Positions 9,015 to 19,654 are shown, counted from the stretch's first letter. The stretch: 64,000 bases of DNA from an uncultured Acidobacteriota bacterium (GCA_963822445.1 CAWGHO010000002.1:2144001-2208000); one strand, 5' to 3'. Made by a program: numbers and translations. The notes: generated by a model from the letters alone, not told the origin.

Positions 9015-9347
9015 ATGCCGTTCTACCTAACGCAATTCAGCTACACGCCAGCGACATGGGCGAGACTGATCAAGAGTCCGGAAGATCGTCGAGTGGCAGC
9101 CACACAGTACATCGAAGCAGTCGGGGGAAAGTTGCACGGATTTTGGTATGCCTTCGGCGGACACGACGCATACATCCTGTGGGAGGCCCCCGATAACGTG
9201 TCGATGGCAGCTACTGCGCTCGCGATCAGCGCTGGTGGGGCGCTTAGTTCCTTTGAGACGACCGTCTTGCTTACGGTTGAGGAAACACTTGCAGCCATGC
9301 AAAAGGCCTCATCGATCGCGTATTGGCCACCGGGCGAAAAAGGATAG
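9015..9347 (+). CDS. GYD domain protein
   Basis: AGGAGGAGG RBS; 'MPFYLTQFSYT...GGKLHGFWYAFGGHD...ETTVLLT'. Confidence 0.85.
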   Translation: MPFYLTQFSYTPATWARLIKSPEDRRVAATQYIEAVGGKLHGFWYAFGGHDAYILWEAPDNVSMAATALAISAGGALSSFETTVLLTVEETLAAMQKASSIAYWPPGEKG

Positions 9348-9473
9348 AAGCGAATAGACAGCAACTGAAATCCGGCAGAGTGATCACGATATGACCTGCC
9401 ATTCAAACCGGATTCTTACGCGTGGTAATCTCTGCGTCGGCTACATTCCGCCACTCCATAGTACAATTGGTGG

Positions 9474-9659
9474 GTGAGTGACGATCGAGGACGCAATTTC
9501 GGTGGTGGCGCCATTGCCGCGGCACTCGTCGTAGGAACAGCCGCGGTAATTCTTGCTGTCGTTAGTAGCATCTCGCTGCGTTTTGAGGCTGCAGCGGTAG
9601 CATTGTTGGCGGCTGCCGTCGCGTTCGTCGGTGTTTCTCACGCTATCTTTCGAGACTGA
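9474..9659 (+). CDS. Small two-TM membrane protein
   Basis: TACAAT 6 nt upstream of GTG; hydrophobic, 61 aa. Confidence 0.6.
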   Translation: MSDDRGRNFGGGAIAAALVVGTAAVILAVVSSISLRFEAAAVALLAAAVAFVGVSHAIFRD

Positions 9660-9704
9660 GGTAGTAGGCGACGATTGCGCCGACGATTGCGCCGCGAGCC
9701 CGCG

Positions 9705-9902
9705 GGCTAACTACTGCCAGGAGCTGTCGGCGGGCCGTTTGCCGCGCCCGGCGCTGAAGCGCCTCGTGAAGCGTTGATTGGCCGGCGGCACGCCGGCCGA
9801 CATGCTCTCGCGCCGCTGATCGCGGCGCGAACACGGCAGCCGTCGCGCCGTGAACCGCACGCACGCGGGGCCTCGCCGCAGCTCAGGCGATAGACGTTAG
9901 GC
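9705..9902 (+). repeat. attC site 9
   Basis: GGCTAAC...GTTAGGC. Confidence 0.9.
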
Positions 9903-10065
9903 CGACTCGACACTACGCAGACACACACATGGAAAGGCACCCTTAGGTGGGAATTCAGCGCGCTGCTCGCCATTTTACGACGAACGACTAGCCTCGCCAG
10001 AAGCCGCGCGGCCTAGGATTCCTTGGGTAGGGAAGTCGCCGTCCCGAGCACTCCTAAGATACGGA

Positions 10066-10599
10066 ATGGGGGTAACCATGTCAGACAGCGGCGGCCCAGG
10101 CGACGACACTCACGTCGAAGGAGAGATAACACTGCGCTGGAGGGCTGACCGTATCTTGGAGCACCTAAAAACACTCGTGGAGCAGTCGAACGAGTCGTCA
10201 CGCGACTCCGCTCGCGCCTTCTATCAGGCTATGATCTCACTCTCGGCGGGAGCTATCGTCGTCTCGGTGACTTTCGCCGAGAAGATCGCACCCCCACCGC
10301 GGGAGGCTACGGAACTTCTCGTTATCTCATGGGCACTGTTCACTTTCAGCCTTCTTTCGATTCTGGTCGCGTTCCGCCAACTCGGCAACGAACGAGCCGC
10401 GGCAGATGTCCGAATGAACGTCTGGGTATACAAGATCTGTTTTGGCGACTTGGAGGGCGACACGATTGAGAAGTCACTCGGGCCTCCGTTCGAGCCACCG
10501 CGGCCGATTCTGTCCAAGATCCTTGTCGCTGCGTCAATCGCGTCTTTCGGTCTGGGTGTTAGCGTACTCACGTGGTTTGCCGGGGCGAATCTCAAATAG
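10066..10599 (+). CDS. Hypothetical 3-TM membrane protein
   Basis: 177 aa with three hydrophobic helices; TAAGAT 5 nt upstream. Confidence 0.7.
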   Translation: MGVTMSDSGGPGDDTHVEGEITLRWRADRILEHLKTLVEQSNESSRDSARAFYQAMISLSAGAIVVSVTFAEKIAPPPREATELLVISWALFTFSLLSILVAFRQLGNERAAADVRMNVWVYKICFGDLEGDTIEKSLGPPFEPPRPILSKILVAASIASFGLGVSVLTWFAGANLK

Positions 10600-10623
10600 G
10601 AGAGTCGGCGGAGGCGAGAGCTG

Positions 10624-10914
10624 ATGGCAACAAAGGGAGTGCCAGTCAGTAAGCTTCTGTGTTCGACAGGCGAACCTGGCGAGTCGTTCGACTTTTCAGC
10701 TCTCGCGCTCTTTCGGAACTCTACAGTGTTCGTCAGTGTCGGCACGCTAAGTGTCGTCATTCAGCTGTCGCCGCTGTGGACATCGCACGTGCCACGTTGG
10801 TTCCGAGATGGCGCTACGATAAACTTGGAGTTGGCTTATGAACGAAGCGTCGGAAGTCACGATGCCTCCTCTCACTATGGCCTTACACTCGTATTGAATT
10901 GGCTTGGATTCTGA
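10624..10914 (+). CDS. Hypothetical protein
   Basis: 96-aa ORF filling the rest of the cassette; GGAGG upstream. Confidence 0.4.
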   Translation: MATKGVPVSKLLCSTGEPGESFDFSALALFRNSTVFVSVGTLSVVIQLSPLWTSHVPRWFRDGATINLELAYERSVGSHDASSHYGLTLVLNWLGF

Positions 10915-10933
10915 CGTTGTGGTGGGTGGCGCG

Positions 10934-11130
10934 GCCTAACTACTGCCAGAAGCTGGCACGGCCCGGCTTCGGTCCGGCGGCCGAGCCGCCTATATCGTCG
11001 TAGTTTGGGCGGCGTCACGCTGGTTGCAATTCGCCAGTCGCGGCTGCGCAACTCCTCGGCGGCAACCGGCGCGCCGCTCTCCGTCTCCACGTGGGCCCTG
11101 GCCGTGCAGCTTAGGCGATAGACGTTGGGC
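10934..11130 (+). repeat. attC site 10
   Basis: GCCTAAC...GTTGGGC. Confidence 0.9.
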
Positions 11131-11421
11131 GGACTCGGCACGAAGAGGTAGGCCCGACTTCCATTTACGCGTTGGCAGTCGCACCGACCGAAGCGGCGGA
11201 GCCGCGCGCCAAGGCGTCCGCCACAATTGTTCGTCGTGGTACCCGCCCATCCGCCGGCTCGTCCCACGTGCAGCGCGCGCGAAACACATTCTTTCGTAGG
11301 CCGGTCGCAATCGCCGCGATTGCCGCGATCCCCGCCGGCCTGTCGGCCGAGCACGCATTCCGCGTCCGTCACCATTCGGCGCGCGCGCTGCTCCCAAGTG
11401 CGCAAAGTTATGCGTGTGGCC
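11131..11421. repeat. Gene-less cassette family, copy 1 (candidate ncRNA or structured DNA)
   Basis: ~290 bp, 10 related copies, no reading frame conserved across copies; appears identical to 38145-38435. Confidence 0.85.
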
Positions 11422-11611
11422 GCCCAACAACTCACAGCAGCTGTCGCGGCCCGGCTTCGGCTCGGCGGCCGAGCCGCCTAGGCCGAACAGTACCGGCGCG
11501 GCGTCACGCCGGCTGCAGTTCGGTTCATTCGTTAATCGCCGGCAGCCGGCGCGCCGCGCTGCCGTAGCCACGCGGGCCCTGGCCGCGCAGCTGAGTGAGA
11601 TGACGTTGGGC
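11422..11611 (+). repeat. attC site 11 (subtype of gene-less cassettes)
   Basis: GCCCAACAACTCACAGCAGCTG...CAGCTGAGTGAGATGACGTTGGGC. Confidence 0.9.
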
Positions 11612-11943
11612 GGACGAAACTCCATCGTTGCCAGCGTCGGAATACCTATGAACGTAGATGGACCGTTGTCGGATCATGCTCGCTCAACGCATGGCTGTTC
11701 TAGCCGTGAGGCGGTCGATCATGGATCCGCCTCGCGCGGCCGTTTTCGAGCGGCGACGGCGCGGTGTGGTTGAGCGGTTCTGTCGTCGATCCTCGGCGCT
11801 ATTCGCAAAGGATTCGATGTGCGTGTCGAACCTTGCCTGCCAGTCGGGGTCAGTCCTGAAGGTGACCAAGTAGACGCTCATCCGTTCCGACTTGCTCGCC
11901 CAGGAAGCGCCGTGCGCCGGTTGGCGTTAGAATGTCGAGCGAC

Positions 11944-12162
11944 ATGCGAATAGCATCAGGAAAAGTAATCCACGGTCAGATCGTTTACGAAGGTGAATTG
12001 CCTGAGGGCGCAGAGGTTACGCTCCTTGCGCACGACCTTGAGGACACTTTCGAGGTCAGTCCCGAACTCAAGGCGGTCCTTCTCGAATCGATTGCCCAGT
12101 GCGAGCGTGGGGAAACTATTTCAGCTGACGAGCTCATTCGGGAGATGCTCAGTCGCGAATGA
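11944..12162 (+). CDS. Putative antitoxin
   Basis: 'GKVIHGQIV...LPEGAEVTL...ESIAQCERGETIS'; overlaps the RelE/ParE gene. Confidence 0.8.
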   Translation: MRIASGKVIHGQIVYEGELPEGAEVTLLAHDLEDTFEVSPELKAVLLESIAQCERGETISADELIREMLSRE

Positions 12163-12470
12163 GGGCTCCGCTTCAAGTTGAAATCAGCGAGCTCGCAGCT
12201 CAGCACATTCGGGAACTGGAATCATGGTGGCGGCTAAACCGCACGGCTGCGCCCAACGCAGTTCGAGAGGAGCTTCAGCGTGTTTTGCGGCTCATCACGT
12301 TGACGCCGCTCATTGGTCGCCGAGCGACAGACGTCGATCTTGAGAACGTTCGCCGCATCCACATTTCGAGAATTTGGCACTTCCTCTACTACCGCGTCGT
12401 TGACGATCCTGAGCGTATTGAACTTGTTGCGCTCTGGTCCGACAGTCGCGGCGAAGGGCCACCGATTTGA
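12159..12470 (+). CDS. RelE/ParE family toxin
   Basis: 'VEISELAAQHI...P.IGR...VRR...FLYYRV...IELVALW'. Confidence 0.85.
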   Translation: MRAPLQVEISELAAQHIRELESWWRLNRTAAPNAVREELQRVLRLITLTPLIGRRATDVDLENVRRIHISRIWHFLYYRVVDDPERIELVALWSDSRGEGPPI

Positions 12471-12484
12471 GATCTCTCGTCGCC

Positions 12485-12681
12485 GCCCAACTACTGCCAG
12501 GAGCTGTCGGCGGGCTGGCTTCGTGGCCCGTCGGCCGAGCCGACTCGGCAGACTCCAAGTCGCGCGGCGTCACGGCCGTTGCAGTTCGCTCCTGCCGGTA
12601 AGCGTTGGTCGCGGCAACGGCCGCGCCGCTCTGCTGCTTGCGCCGGTGAACCCGCCGCAGCTCAGGCGATAGACGTTAGCC
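12485..12681 (+). repeat. attC site 12
   Basis: GCCCAAC...GTTAGCC. Confidence 0.9.
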
Positions 12682-12870
12682 GGACGAAGGCAAGAAACAC
12701 TGATGCCACTCGACATGCCATACTCGGGCCTCGTCCACAGCCGACAAAACGTGCGGGGGAGGGGGCGAGGGACGTCGTCCGCGTCCAGGCGCTACGGCTG
12801 AGGGTAGGGGTTGTCCTCGCCGCGACACTCCTTCGTTGAAGGACACCAACAGAGCGATCATGGAGGTGCT

Positions 12871-13584
12871 ATGACGGACATTCCGACACCGACTCCTGCT
12901 GGTTCGACGAGCCCCGCTAACTCCCAACTCTCGGCGCCAGGCAAGTCGCTAGACGAGCGTGTTCGCGATCTCGAGGAAAACGCGAAGAAGGTCGCGCAGC
13001 GCGCCACAATAATCGCCGTACTGGCGGCTCTTTTTGGCGGAGGAGGGCTTGCCGGTACGATACAGTGGCTCGCTGGTAGTAGGCTGCGCGAAGCCGAGGT
13101 AACCTTAAGCGACCAGCAGAAAAAGATTAACGAGCAAGACATGCGTCTAAAAAGCCAGGACATGCGGCTGAAGGAACAGGACGCGCGGCTCAAGCAGCAA
13201 CTTGGCGAGCATGACGTTGCTCTAAAGGCTCAGGCGCGACAAATCGGAGAGTACGAAGTAAAGCTGAAGGGCTTAGCCTTACACCGCGACGAGTTCAACG
13301 ATCGGCTTTCGTCGTTTAACGCAGCCACGGCGTCGCTAGAACGGGGCATCGCTGCCGCGCGCCAATCTGGTTCTACGCAGGGCATTAACGCTTTGGTGCA
13401 AGAACTCATTCAGCAAAACCGCGAATTCTCGCAGTTTGCCGCACAGACTAGACGATATGTCGAAGAGTTGCCTGGCGCGCCAGGGTGGTATCGCCAAGCG
13501 GTTGCACAGGCAGAGGCGGCTTCACGTCAGCATGACCAGCACCTACAAAGAATCAAGAATGAATTATCCGGGCCGGGCTCCTAA
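12871..13584 (+). CDS. Single-TM coiled-coil protein
   Basis: GGAGG RBS; TM helix followed by heptad repeats (EQDMRLK/SQDMRLK/EQDARLK). Confidence 0.75.
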   Translation: MTDIPTPTPAGSTSPANSQLSAPGKSLDERVRDLEENAKKVAQRATIIAVLAALFGGGGLAGTIQWLAGSRLREAEVTLSDQQKKINEQDMRLKSQDMRLKEQDARLKQQLGEHDVALKAQARQIGEYEVKLKGLALHRDEFNDRLSSFNAATASLERGIAAARQSGSTQGINALVQELIQQNREFSQFAAQTRRYVEELPGAPGWYRQAVAQAEAASRQHDQHLQRIKNELSGPGS

Positions 13585-13590
13585 AACGCC

Positions 13591-13787
13591 GGCTAACTAC
13601 TGCCAGAAGCTGGCACGGCCCGGCTTCGGTCCGGCGGCCGAGCCGCCTACATTCTCTCCAGCTTGGTGGCGTCACGGCGGTCGCAGTTCGGCAGGCGTTG
13701 CACGCAACTTCTCGCCGGCAACCGCCGCGCCGCTCAGGCTTCGGCACGCGGGCCCTGGCCGTGCAGCTTAGGCGATAGACGTTAGGC
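13591..13787 (+). repeat. attC site 13
   Basis: GGCTAAC...GTTAGGC. Confidence 0.9.
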
Positions 13788-13902
13788 CGACGTACTCACA
13801 TTAGGGTGGCGGCGAGCTCTCTATGAAGCTCCGCAGTTGTGCGTCGCGCGTCGAAATTGTCGGCAATCCGTCCGTGGCATCGTCGTGCTTCGCGGCACGA
13901 TT

Positions 13903-14240
13903 CCCCCTCGCAGCTGACATCGCCTCAAGAGTGCGGGCCGCGAACAGCAAAACGCGCCACCCGCATGCGCAAGCGTTCAGTCGGTCCCTTCACGCCCTCC
14001 CACCACCCGCGGTAGACCGACTGAACGCTTGCGCATCACGCCCACCCGGCGCACGCTCATCGCGGCCCTGGCATCGACGCCCCTCCCGCCGACGCGCGTC
14101 GAACTCACGGATGCGCGCCGTGACACGGCGGTCGCAGATCGCTCCAGCCGACGGGTCGTTCGTCGCGGCAACCGCCGCGCCCCGGGCAGGGGAGCGTGAA
14201 TTCGACGCGCTCACACCCGTACCGACGCCGCTCCCGCCCC
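13903..14240. repeat. Structured cassette-leader element, copy 2
   Basis: Perfect 22-bp stem 13965-13986/14015-14036. Confidence 0.85.
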
Positions 14241-14390
14241 TTGCAGGCCGCGAGATACAGGTTGGCCCGACGAACAGAAGTCGAAGTGAAATACGCCGGT
14301 GAACGCGCAGCGAGACGGGAATCAGTCAAGCGCGGCATTCGACGGGTTGACAGTCGTAACATTGGGCGACCCACTAGCCAAGAGGCTGTC

Positions 14391-15266
14391 ATGCGCTACG
14401 CCACGCTACTCTTAACCGGTCTGTTTGCTCTTCAAGGGTCGATTGCCGATGGCAAGACGCGCGCAGTGTCTCATCCAAGTGACCCGTTGGATGTTGTCTT
14501 GATGATCAAGACGTTCGGCGATCCTGGTCCCGACCAGATTTACGAAGTAGTGGCGGGGGTATATGACCATATTCCGAATCCTATGATAACGGATTTTCGT
14601 CTTAAAGATCCAGACGGGCGCGTACAGTGGGAACGGCACCATGAGTCCTATTGTTTTGACTGCAAGCCGAGTGATTGGCAGGACCCGAAATGGCGCTGGT
14701 TTTGGCTAGTCTGGCACGGCCCGCTACCCGCTGGTTGGCCGTCTGGCGTGAGCAGTTTTGAAATCAGCACAAAACGGAACGCCCAGCAAGTCACCGCCAC
14801 CGCGAAGTTTGCAGTCAATGTAGCGTCACCACCTCAACTCGGTCCTTTGGAAAGAACTGTTGTCGACGCCAACGGCGGCGTTATGCTCTTTGGAGCTTTT
14901 CCTACGCCACCTGTTGTTGCAGATATTCAGCTGTACCGGATGAAGTTAAGCGACGGATACTACATTCCGCCCGGCGCTATGTACGACCAGACTGGCGATA
15001 CCACCATTGTTGTTTGCTCTGGCGTTCGTGGCGACATCGCCAATTTGGAATGCACGACGGAGCAAGTGCGCTTGCCAGGTGCTACGAGTCATTCGAATGT
15101 CAGTTTCCATGGAGGCCGCTTCTTGGGAGATTTATGTAACGAGAACCACCGGACCGCTCTCGACAGAAGCTTGGCTTCGACCGCTAACTGCAACACCGAT
15201 GCGCCACTCGCTATGGGCAATATGCGCGACCGCTGCCATCTATTGCATCCGATTGCGCCACTATGA
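14391..15266 (+). CDS. Secreted hypothetical protein
   Basis: GAGG RBS, signal peptide MRYATLLLTGLFALQG and 'KTRAVSHP' motif. Confidence 0.7.
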   Translation: MRYATLLLTGLFALQGSIADGKTRAVSHPSDPLDVVLMIKTFGDPGPDQIYEVVAGVYDHIPNPMITDFRLKDPDGRVQWERHHESYCFDCKPSDWQDPKWRWFWLVWHGPLPAGWPSGVSSFEISTKRNAQQVTATAKFAVNVASPPQLGPLERTVVDANGGVMLFGAFPTPPVVADIQLYRMKLSDGYYIPPGAMYDQTGDTTIVVCSGVRGDIANLECTTEQVRLPGATSHSNVSFHGGRFLGDLCNENHRTALDRSLASTANCNTDAPLAMGNMRDRCHLLHPIAPL

Positions 15267-15298
15267 TGCCGGGTGCGTGTAAGCGTCTACCCACCGCG

Positions 15299-15496
15299 GC
15301 CTAACTACTGCCAGAAGCTGGCACGGCCCGGCTTCGGTCCGGCGGCCGAGCCGCCTACGCCGTCGCAAGCGCGGCGGCGTCACGCCGGCTGCAGATCGCG
15401 ACTCGGTTCTTCGAACGTCATTCGCGGCAACCGGCGCGCCGCTCCGGCTTCGGCACGCGGGCCTTGGCCGTGCAGCTTAGGCGATAGACGTTAGGC
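15299..15496 (+). repeat. attC site 14
   Basis: GCCTAAC...GTTAGGC. Confidence 0.9.
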
Positions 15497-15592
15497 CGAC
15501 GAAAGACACCGTCCCGTGGTGCCTACCCGCCAAAACGCAAAGCCGGCTCCCTCCTGGCGCATGCAAAACGCGCGGGTGGCTCGATGCGCGCC

Positions 15593-16513
15593 TCATTCTT
15601 GCTTAAACCAGGTCCACATCGACCGAGGCCGCGTGAAAATCTCAAGCGAGGCGCGGCCGTATACCGTGCCAGAGGTCGAACCGTCTGCATTCATCGCATT
15701 CCTTGCACGTATCTTGAGCAGAACGTGCGACTCCTCTGTAAACAAGCTTATTGGAAGTCTTACAGTGCCGCTGTCGGTACCGAGATTGGGCGCTATCCCG
15801 AAAACTTGATGTCCGTTCACATAGATTTCGCCACCATCGTCCAACGTATAGTGAAGCAGAACCCTCGTGATGGTCACCCCGTCAGGAACACTGCAAGCGC
15901 TCGAGCTGTCGACTATTGTGCCGCCTACACCCGGCTGCGTGGCGGCGGTGCATGTCACGGGTGGGCGGTACGGCACCAATGGAAATTCATCCACGGACGT
16001 CTTGCGCCCGATCACAAAGCCGGAAACTGTCAAGCCAGTCAACAGTGCTGCCAACACCCAGAGGCGCGGCACATTAAGCTTGGAACTCAGCTGCTGAGGC
16101 TCCGTCCCTCGTGGGAGAATCGATGCCCCAAGCACGTCACCGACGGAGTCGAGGCACTCCTCTAGACTCGGAGAGGATTTCGGGGGCTTCCAGCCGGTGA
16201 GGTCTGCCGCGTGCTTTCGTCGAAACTCCAGCGGCGGGAGTGCCTCCTCAAGCATTACCGGAACAAGAATGCTTCGTCGCGCCCCCTCGGCGGCCTCGTT
16301 CTGAACCCACTCCGCGGAGACCGAATGCTGTGACCACAGTACGACAACACAGCGTGCCGCGTTCAGTTCTTTTTCAATCGCATCGGAAAACGACTGTCCG
16401 ATTTTGATCTTACGATCCCACCAAACGGTCCAACCACGCGATGCGATCGCGTCGGCAAGAGCGGCGGCTCGATGGCGATCCTCGCGCGCGTAGCTTATGA
16501 ATACGTCGGCCAT
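15593..16513 (-). CDS. TIR domain + TM + extracytoplasmic beta-sandwich protein
   Basis: 'MADVFISYAREDR...VWWD...SAEWVQNE'; central TM; C-terminal 'LDDGGEIYVNG'. Confidence 0.85.
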   Translation of the reverse strand: MADVFISYAREDRHRAAALADAIASRGWTVWWDRKIKIGQSFSDAIEKELNAARCVVVLWSQHSVSAEWVQNEAAEGARRSILVPVMLEEALPPLEFRRKHAADLTGWKPPKSSPSLEECLDSVGDVLGASILPRGTEPQQLSSKLNVPRLWVLAALLTGLTVSGFVIGRKTSVDEFPLVPYRPPVTCTAATQPGVGGTIVDSSSACSVPDGVTITRVLLHYTLDDGGEIYVNGHQVFGIAPNLGTDSGTVRLPISLFTEESHVLLKIRARNAMNADGSTSGTVYGRASLEIFTRPRSMWTWFKQE

Positions 16514-16590
16514 GAACGCCCGGGCTATTGACCGCAAGTATAAGGCGCATCACACGATATCGCGACGCCGTTTGTGAAAAGCCACGCGCG

Positions 16591-16789
16591 GCCTAACTTC
16601 TGCCAGAAGCTGTCGGCGGGCTGTCTAGCGTGGCCCGTCGGCCGAGCCGACTTGGCCGGCTCCAACCGGCGCGGCGTCACGTCCGTTGCAGTTCGCTCCT
16701 GCCGACAAAGCGTTAGTCGCGGCAACGGCCGCGCCGCTCTACTGGTTGCTCCTGCGCACCCGCCGCAGCTTAGGCGACAGACGTTGGGC
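16591..16789 (+). repeat. attC site 15
   Basis: GCCTAAC...GTTGGGC. Confidence 0.9.
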
Positions 16790-16816
16790 GGACGCAAGGT
16801 CGGGTAAGATCGAAAT

Positions 16817-18088
16817 ATGTCCGTCCCTGTCATTTACGGGAAGATTCTTGCACTTTCGCGTGAGTACTCCTGGCGTCCAATTCCAGATGGTCTCGATCGG
16901 CAGTTCTTCACCGGTGGAGATCCACGCCTTCCGTTCTCCGGAATCGGCCTGACGTGGTGGCTTACCCGTCGAGGCTACAAGACTCTTCGCGACTTGGCTC
17001 GTCTTGCCGTCGAACACCTATCGCATCTAGGCTTAGATCGTGACTCCGTCGAGGACATCATCGAGGATGTGTTTCAGAAAAACGCCACAAACAGAGCGTT
17101 ATTCGTCGCCGACTCGTTCATGCACCACCCTAACCTCTTCGAATCACGCGCCATAGGGGAGTCAGCCTTTGCGTCAGCGATATGGTCGCATATCGACCGC
17201 GCGCTCGCAGACGGGGTGGCCGACTGGCTCGTAGTGGTGCCAGTTCCGCGTATCAAGTCCGTCTCGCACGAGCTCGGTCATGATGGCCTCGCGCTTGTGG
17301 CCGCCGGAGACGACGAAACATGGCGCCGCGTAAGTGCCGATTTCCGGAGCGCGCAATTCTGGAACTCACGCACTGGTCATGCCGATCCGAGAGATGCAGA
17401 GATTATGCGGCCAGTCACCACGGATACGTGGCTCACATGTCGGGCCAAGGGCACGAAAGCAGGTGCGAACCTCGTTGCCCGTGAACGTATGCGCACCTTC
17501 GTCGCTCTTCTCCTTGCGAGCTATTACGCCGGCAACGTGCACTTTCTAACGAAGAGCATGGCAGACGTACCAACGTACGGCACGCACTTTCCTGAGACAG
17601 GGACGCGTACCGGTGTGGGCTACGTGCAGATGCACGTCGGCGAGATCATCCCTCCCTTGTTGGACGATGTTGTCATAACACCTGATCACGTCGACGCCTG
17701 CCGAGCGTGGTATGCACGGCAGCTAATCGCTGCGCCAGATCTCCAGAAGCGTGCCTTTGTTGCCACTCAATTTGTGCATTACGCTATAGTCGCCGGCGAT
17801 CTCGAGAGATTCATTCACTTCTTTATCGCCCTGGATGCCTTGTTCGGCGTGCGTGGCAATGTCGAGAACACAATCGCCGACGGCGTCGAACGCACTTTTG
17901 CCGGCGACCCAGCGTGGAAGCAGCGTGCGCACCGGTTATTCAACCTACGCAATGAGTTACTTCACGGTGGCTCGAGCCGAATTCAAGCATGGGACGGCTA
18001 CGACGATTACGAGAGGCACTTTGCCTCGGAACCTGACGATGACGTCGCGATCGCGGCGTTAGTTGCCGTTCGTAACTATCCGGTTTAG
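16817..18088 (+). CDS. HEPN domain protein (ApeA-like C-terminus)
   Basis: 423 aa; 'FIHFFIALDALFG...LFNLRNELLHGG' (RX4H). Confidence 0.8.
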   Translation: MSVPVIYGKILALSREYSWRPIPDGLDRQFFTGGDPRLPFSGIGLTWWLTRRGYKTLRDLARLAVEHLSHLGLDRDSVEDIIEDVFQKNATNRALFVADSFMHHPNLFESRAIGESAFASAIWSHIDRALADGVADWLVVVPVPRIKSVSHELGHDGLALVAAGDDETWRRVSADFRSAQFWNSRTGHADPRDAEIMRPVTTDTWLTCRAKGTKAGANLVARERMRTFVALLLASYYAGNVHFLTKSMADVPTYGTHFPETGTRTGVGYVQMHVGEIIPPLLDDVVITPDHVDACRAWYARQLIAAPDLQKRAFVATQFVHYAIVAGDLERFIHFFIALDALFGVRGNVENTIADGVERTFAGDPAWKQRAHRLFNLRNELLHGGSSRIQAWDGYDDYERHFASEPDDDVAIAALVAVRNYPV

Positions 18089-18098
18089 GTGCGGCGCC

Positions 18099-18297
18099 GC
18101 CCAACTACTGCCAGGAGCTGTCGGCGGGCCGTTTGCCGCGCCCGGCGCTGAAGCGCCTCGGCCGGTGTCGATTGGCCGGCGGCACGCCGGCCGACATGCT
18201 CTCGCGCCGCTGATCGCGGCGCGAACACTGCAGCCGTCGCGCCGCGCAACCGCACGCGCGTGGGGCCTCGCCGCAGCTCAGGCGATAGACGTTGGGC
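18099..18297 (+). repeat. attC site 16
   Basis: GCCCAAC...GTTGGGC. Confidence 0.9.
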
Positions 18298-18589
18298 GGA
18301 CTCGGCACTGCATCAGCGTAGGACGGACATCCATTTACGCGTTGGCAGTCGCACCGGCCGAAGCGGCAGAGCCGCGCGCCAAGGCGTCCGGCACAATTTT
18401 AGTCGTGGTACCCACCCTTCCCGCCGGCTTGTCGCACGTGCAGCGCGCGCGGACGCACGATTCGCGTAGCGAGTGACTACAGTAACTCAAGACGCAGCGG
18501 CAAAGCGGGCCTTCGGCCACGCGCGCTCCGCGCCATGCACCATTCGGCGCGCGCGCTGCTTCCAAGCGCGCAAAGTCATGCGTGTGGCC
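18298..18589. repeat. Gene-less cassette family, copy 2
   Basis: Homologous to 11131-11421; subtype B interior. Confidence 0.85.
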
Positions 18590-18778
18590 GCCCAACAACT
18601 CACAGCAGCTGTCGCGGCCCGGCTTCGGCCCGGCGCTGAAGCGCCTGGGCCGAACAGTACCGGCGCGGCGGCACGCCGGCCGCAATTCGGTTCATTCGTT
18701 AATCGCCGGCAGCCGGCGCGCCGCGCTGCCGTAACCACGTGGGCCCTGCCCGCGCAGCTGAGTGAGATGACGTTAGCC
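18590..18778 (+). repeat. attC site 17 (gene-less subtype)
   Basis: GCCCAAC...GTTAGCC. Confidence 0.9.
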
Positions 18779-18904
18779 CGACGAACGACTGCGCTCAGAC
18801 AGAGCCGCCACCCGACACGTACTGCATCGGGTTCGCTTGCGCCCTGAACCTTGGAAGAGATCGCAACTTCGCTTGGCGCTAGACTTCCCGTACTATTCGA
18901 TGTC

Positions 18905-19654
18905 ATGGACATTCGAGGGAAGAAGAACCCGTGGGCATCGGGTCCCGGTGAGATTCTTCGTCACGGAATTGAGCTGTTACGCCACGACACGGACACAAAC
19001 CGCCGCCTGGCGATGATCAGTATCGACAACGCGGTCGAACTGATGATGAAGACGTTTCTTGGCCTGCCACGGCGTATCTCTGGATTGAACATTCCGCGCA
19101 AACAGTTCCAAGAAATTGCAGAGAGTTTTCCCGCGCTTCTCGACGCGTTGGAACAGCATGCAAGCGATCGACTTGAAGGCGTTGATCTCGGAACCATCGA
19201 GTGGTATCACCGACTCCGAAATGAGCTGTACCACCAGGGAAATGGTCTCACGGTCGAGCGAGACAAGGTCGAAATTTACGCTGAACTCGCGAATATTCTT
19301 TTTAATAATCTGTTCGGCAGCCAACTTGTCGAACCTCCAACGTTAAAAGCTGGCTTGCTCGGTCAGTTCATGACCCTGTGGCCGATTTTCGAGCGTGCTA
19401 TTCGCATTCGGTCGCTACAGTTTGAGCCAGTCAGGACAGAGCGGCGGCCCAGACTTGGGATTGAAGCAGTCGAGATCCTTCACCGCGCCGGCGAACTCAC
19501 TGACTCGGAAGTATCGGAGATCCGTGAACTTCGATATGTGCGTAACAGAGCTGCGCACGCTGAACCGGGGTGGGAATCAGAGCTTACGCCAGAAAAGGTG
19601 AAGCGCCTTGAACAACTGGCGAGCAAGTTTCCCTCGCCACCAATCGCGGGCTAA
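18905..19654 (+). CDS. Tandem HEPN-like protein
   Basis: 'LAMISIDNAVEL', 'RNELYH' and 'RNRAAH' RX4H motifs; stop in R''. Confidence 0.75.
   Translation: MDIRGKKNPWASGPGEILRHGIELLRHDTDTNRRLAMISIDNAVELMMKTFLGLPRRISGLNIPRKQFQEIAESFPALLDALEQHASDRLEGVDLGTIEWYHRLRNELYHQGNGLTVERDKVEIYAELANILFNNLFGSQLVEPPTLKAGLLGQFMTLWPIFERAIRIRSLQFEPVRTERRPRLGIEAVEILHRAGELTDSEVSEIRELRYVRNRAAHAEPGWESELTPEKVKRLEQLASKFPSPPIAG

Noticed and set aside
9669-9693. Short tandem duplication CGACGATTGCGC x2
   Set aside because: Isolated slippage in an intergenic spacer with no evident function.
11684-11881. 65-aa minus-strand ORF in the RelE/ParE cassette
   Set aside because: Plausible N-terminus but low-complexity tail and no recognisable family; may be a fragment.
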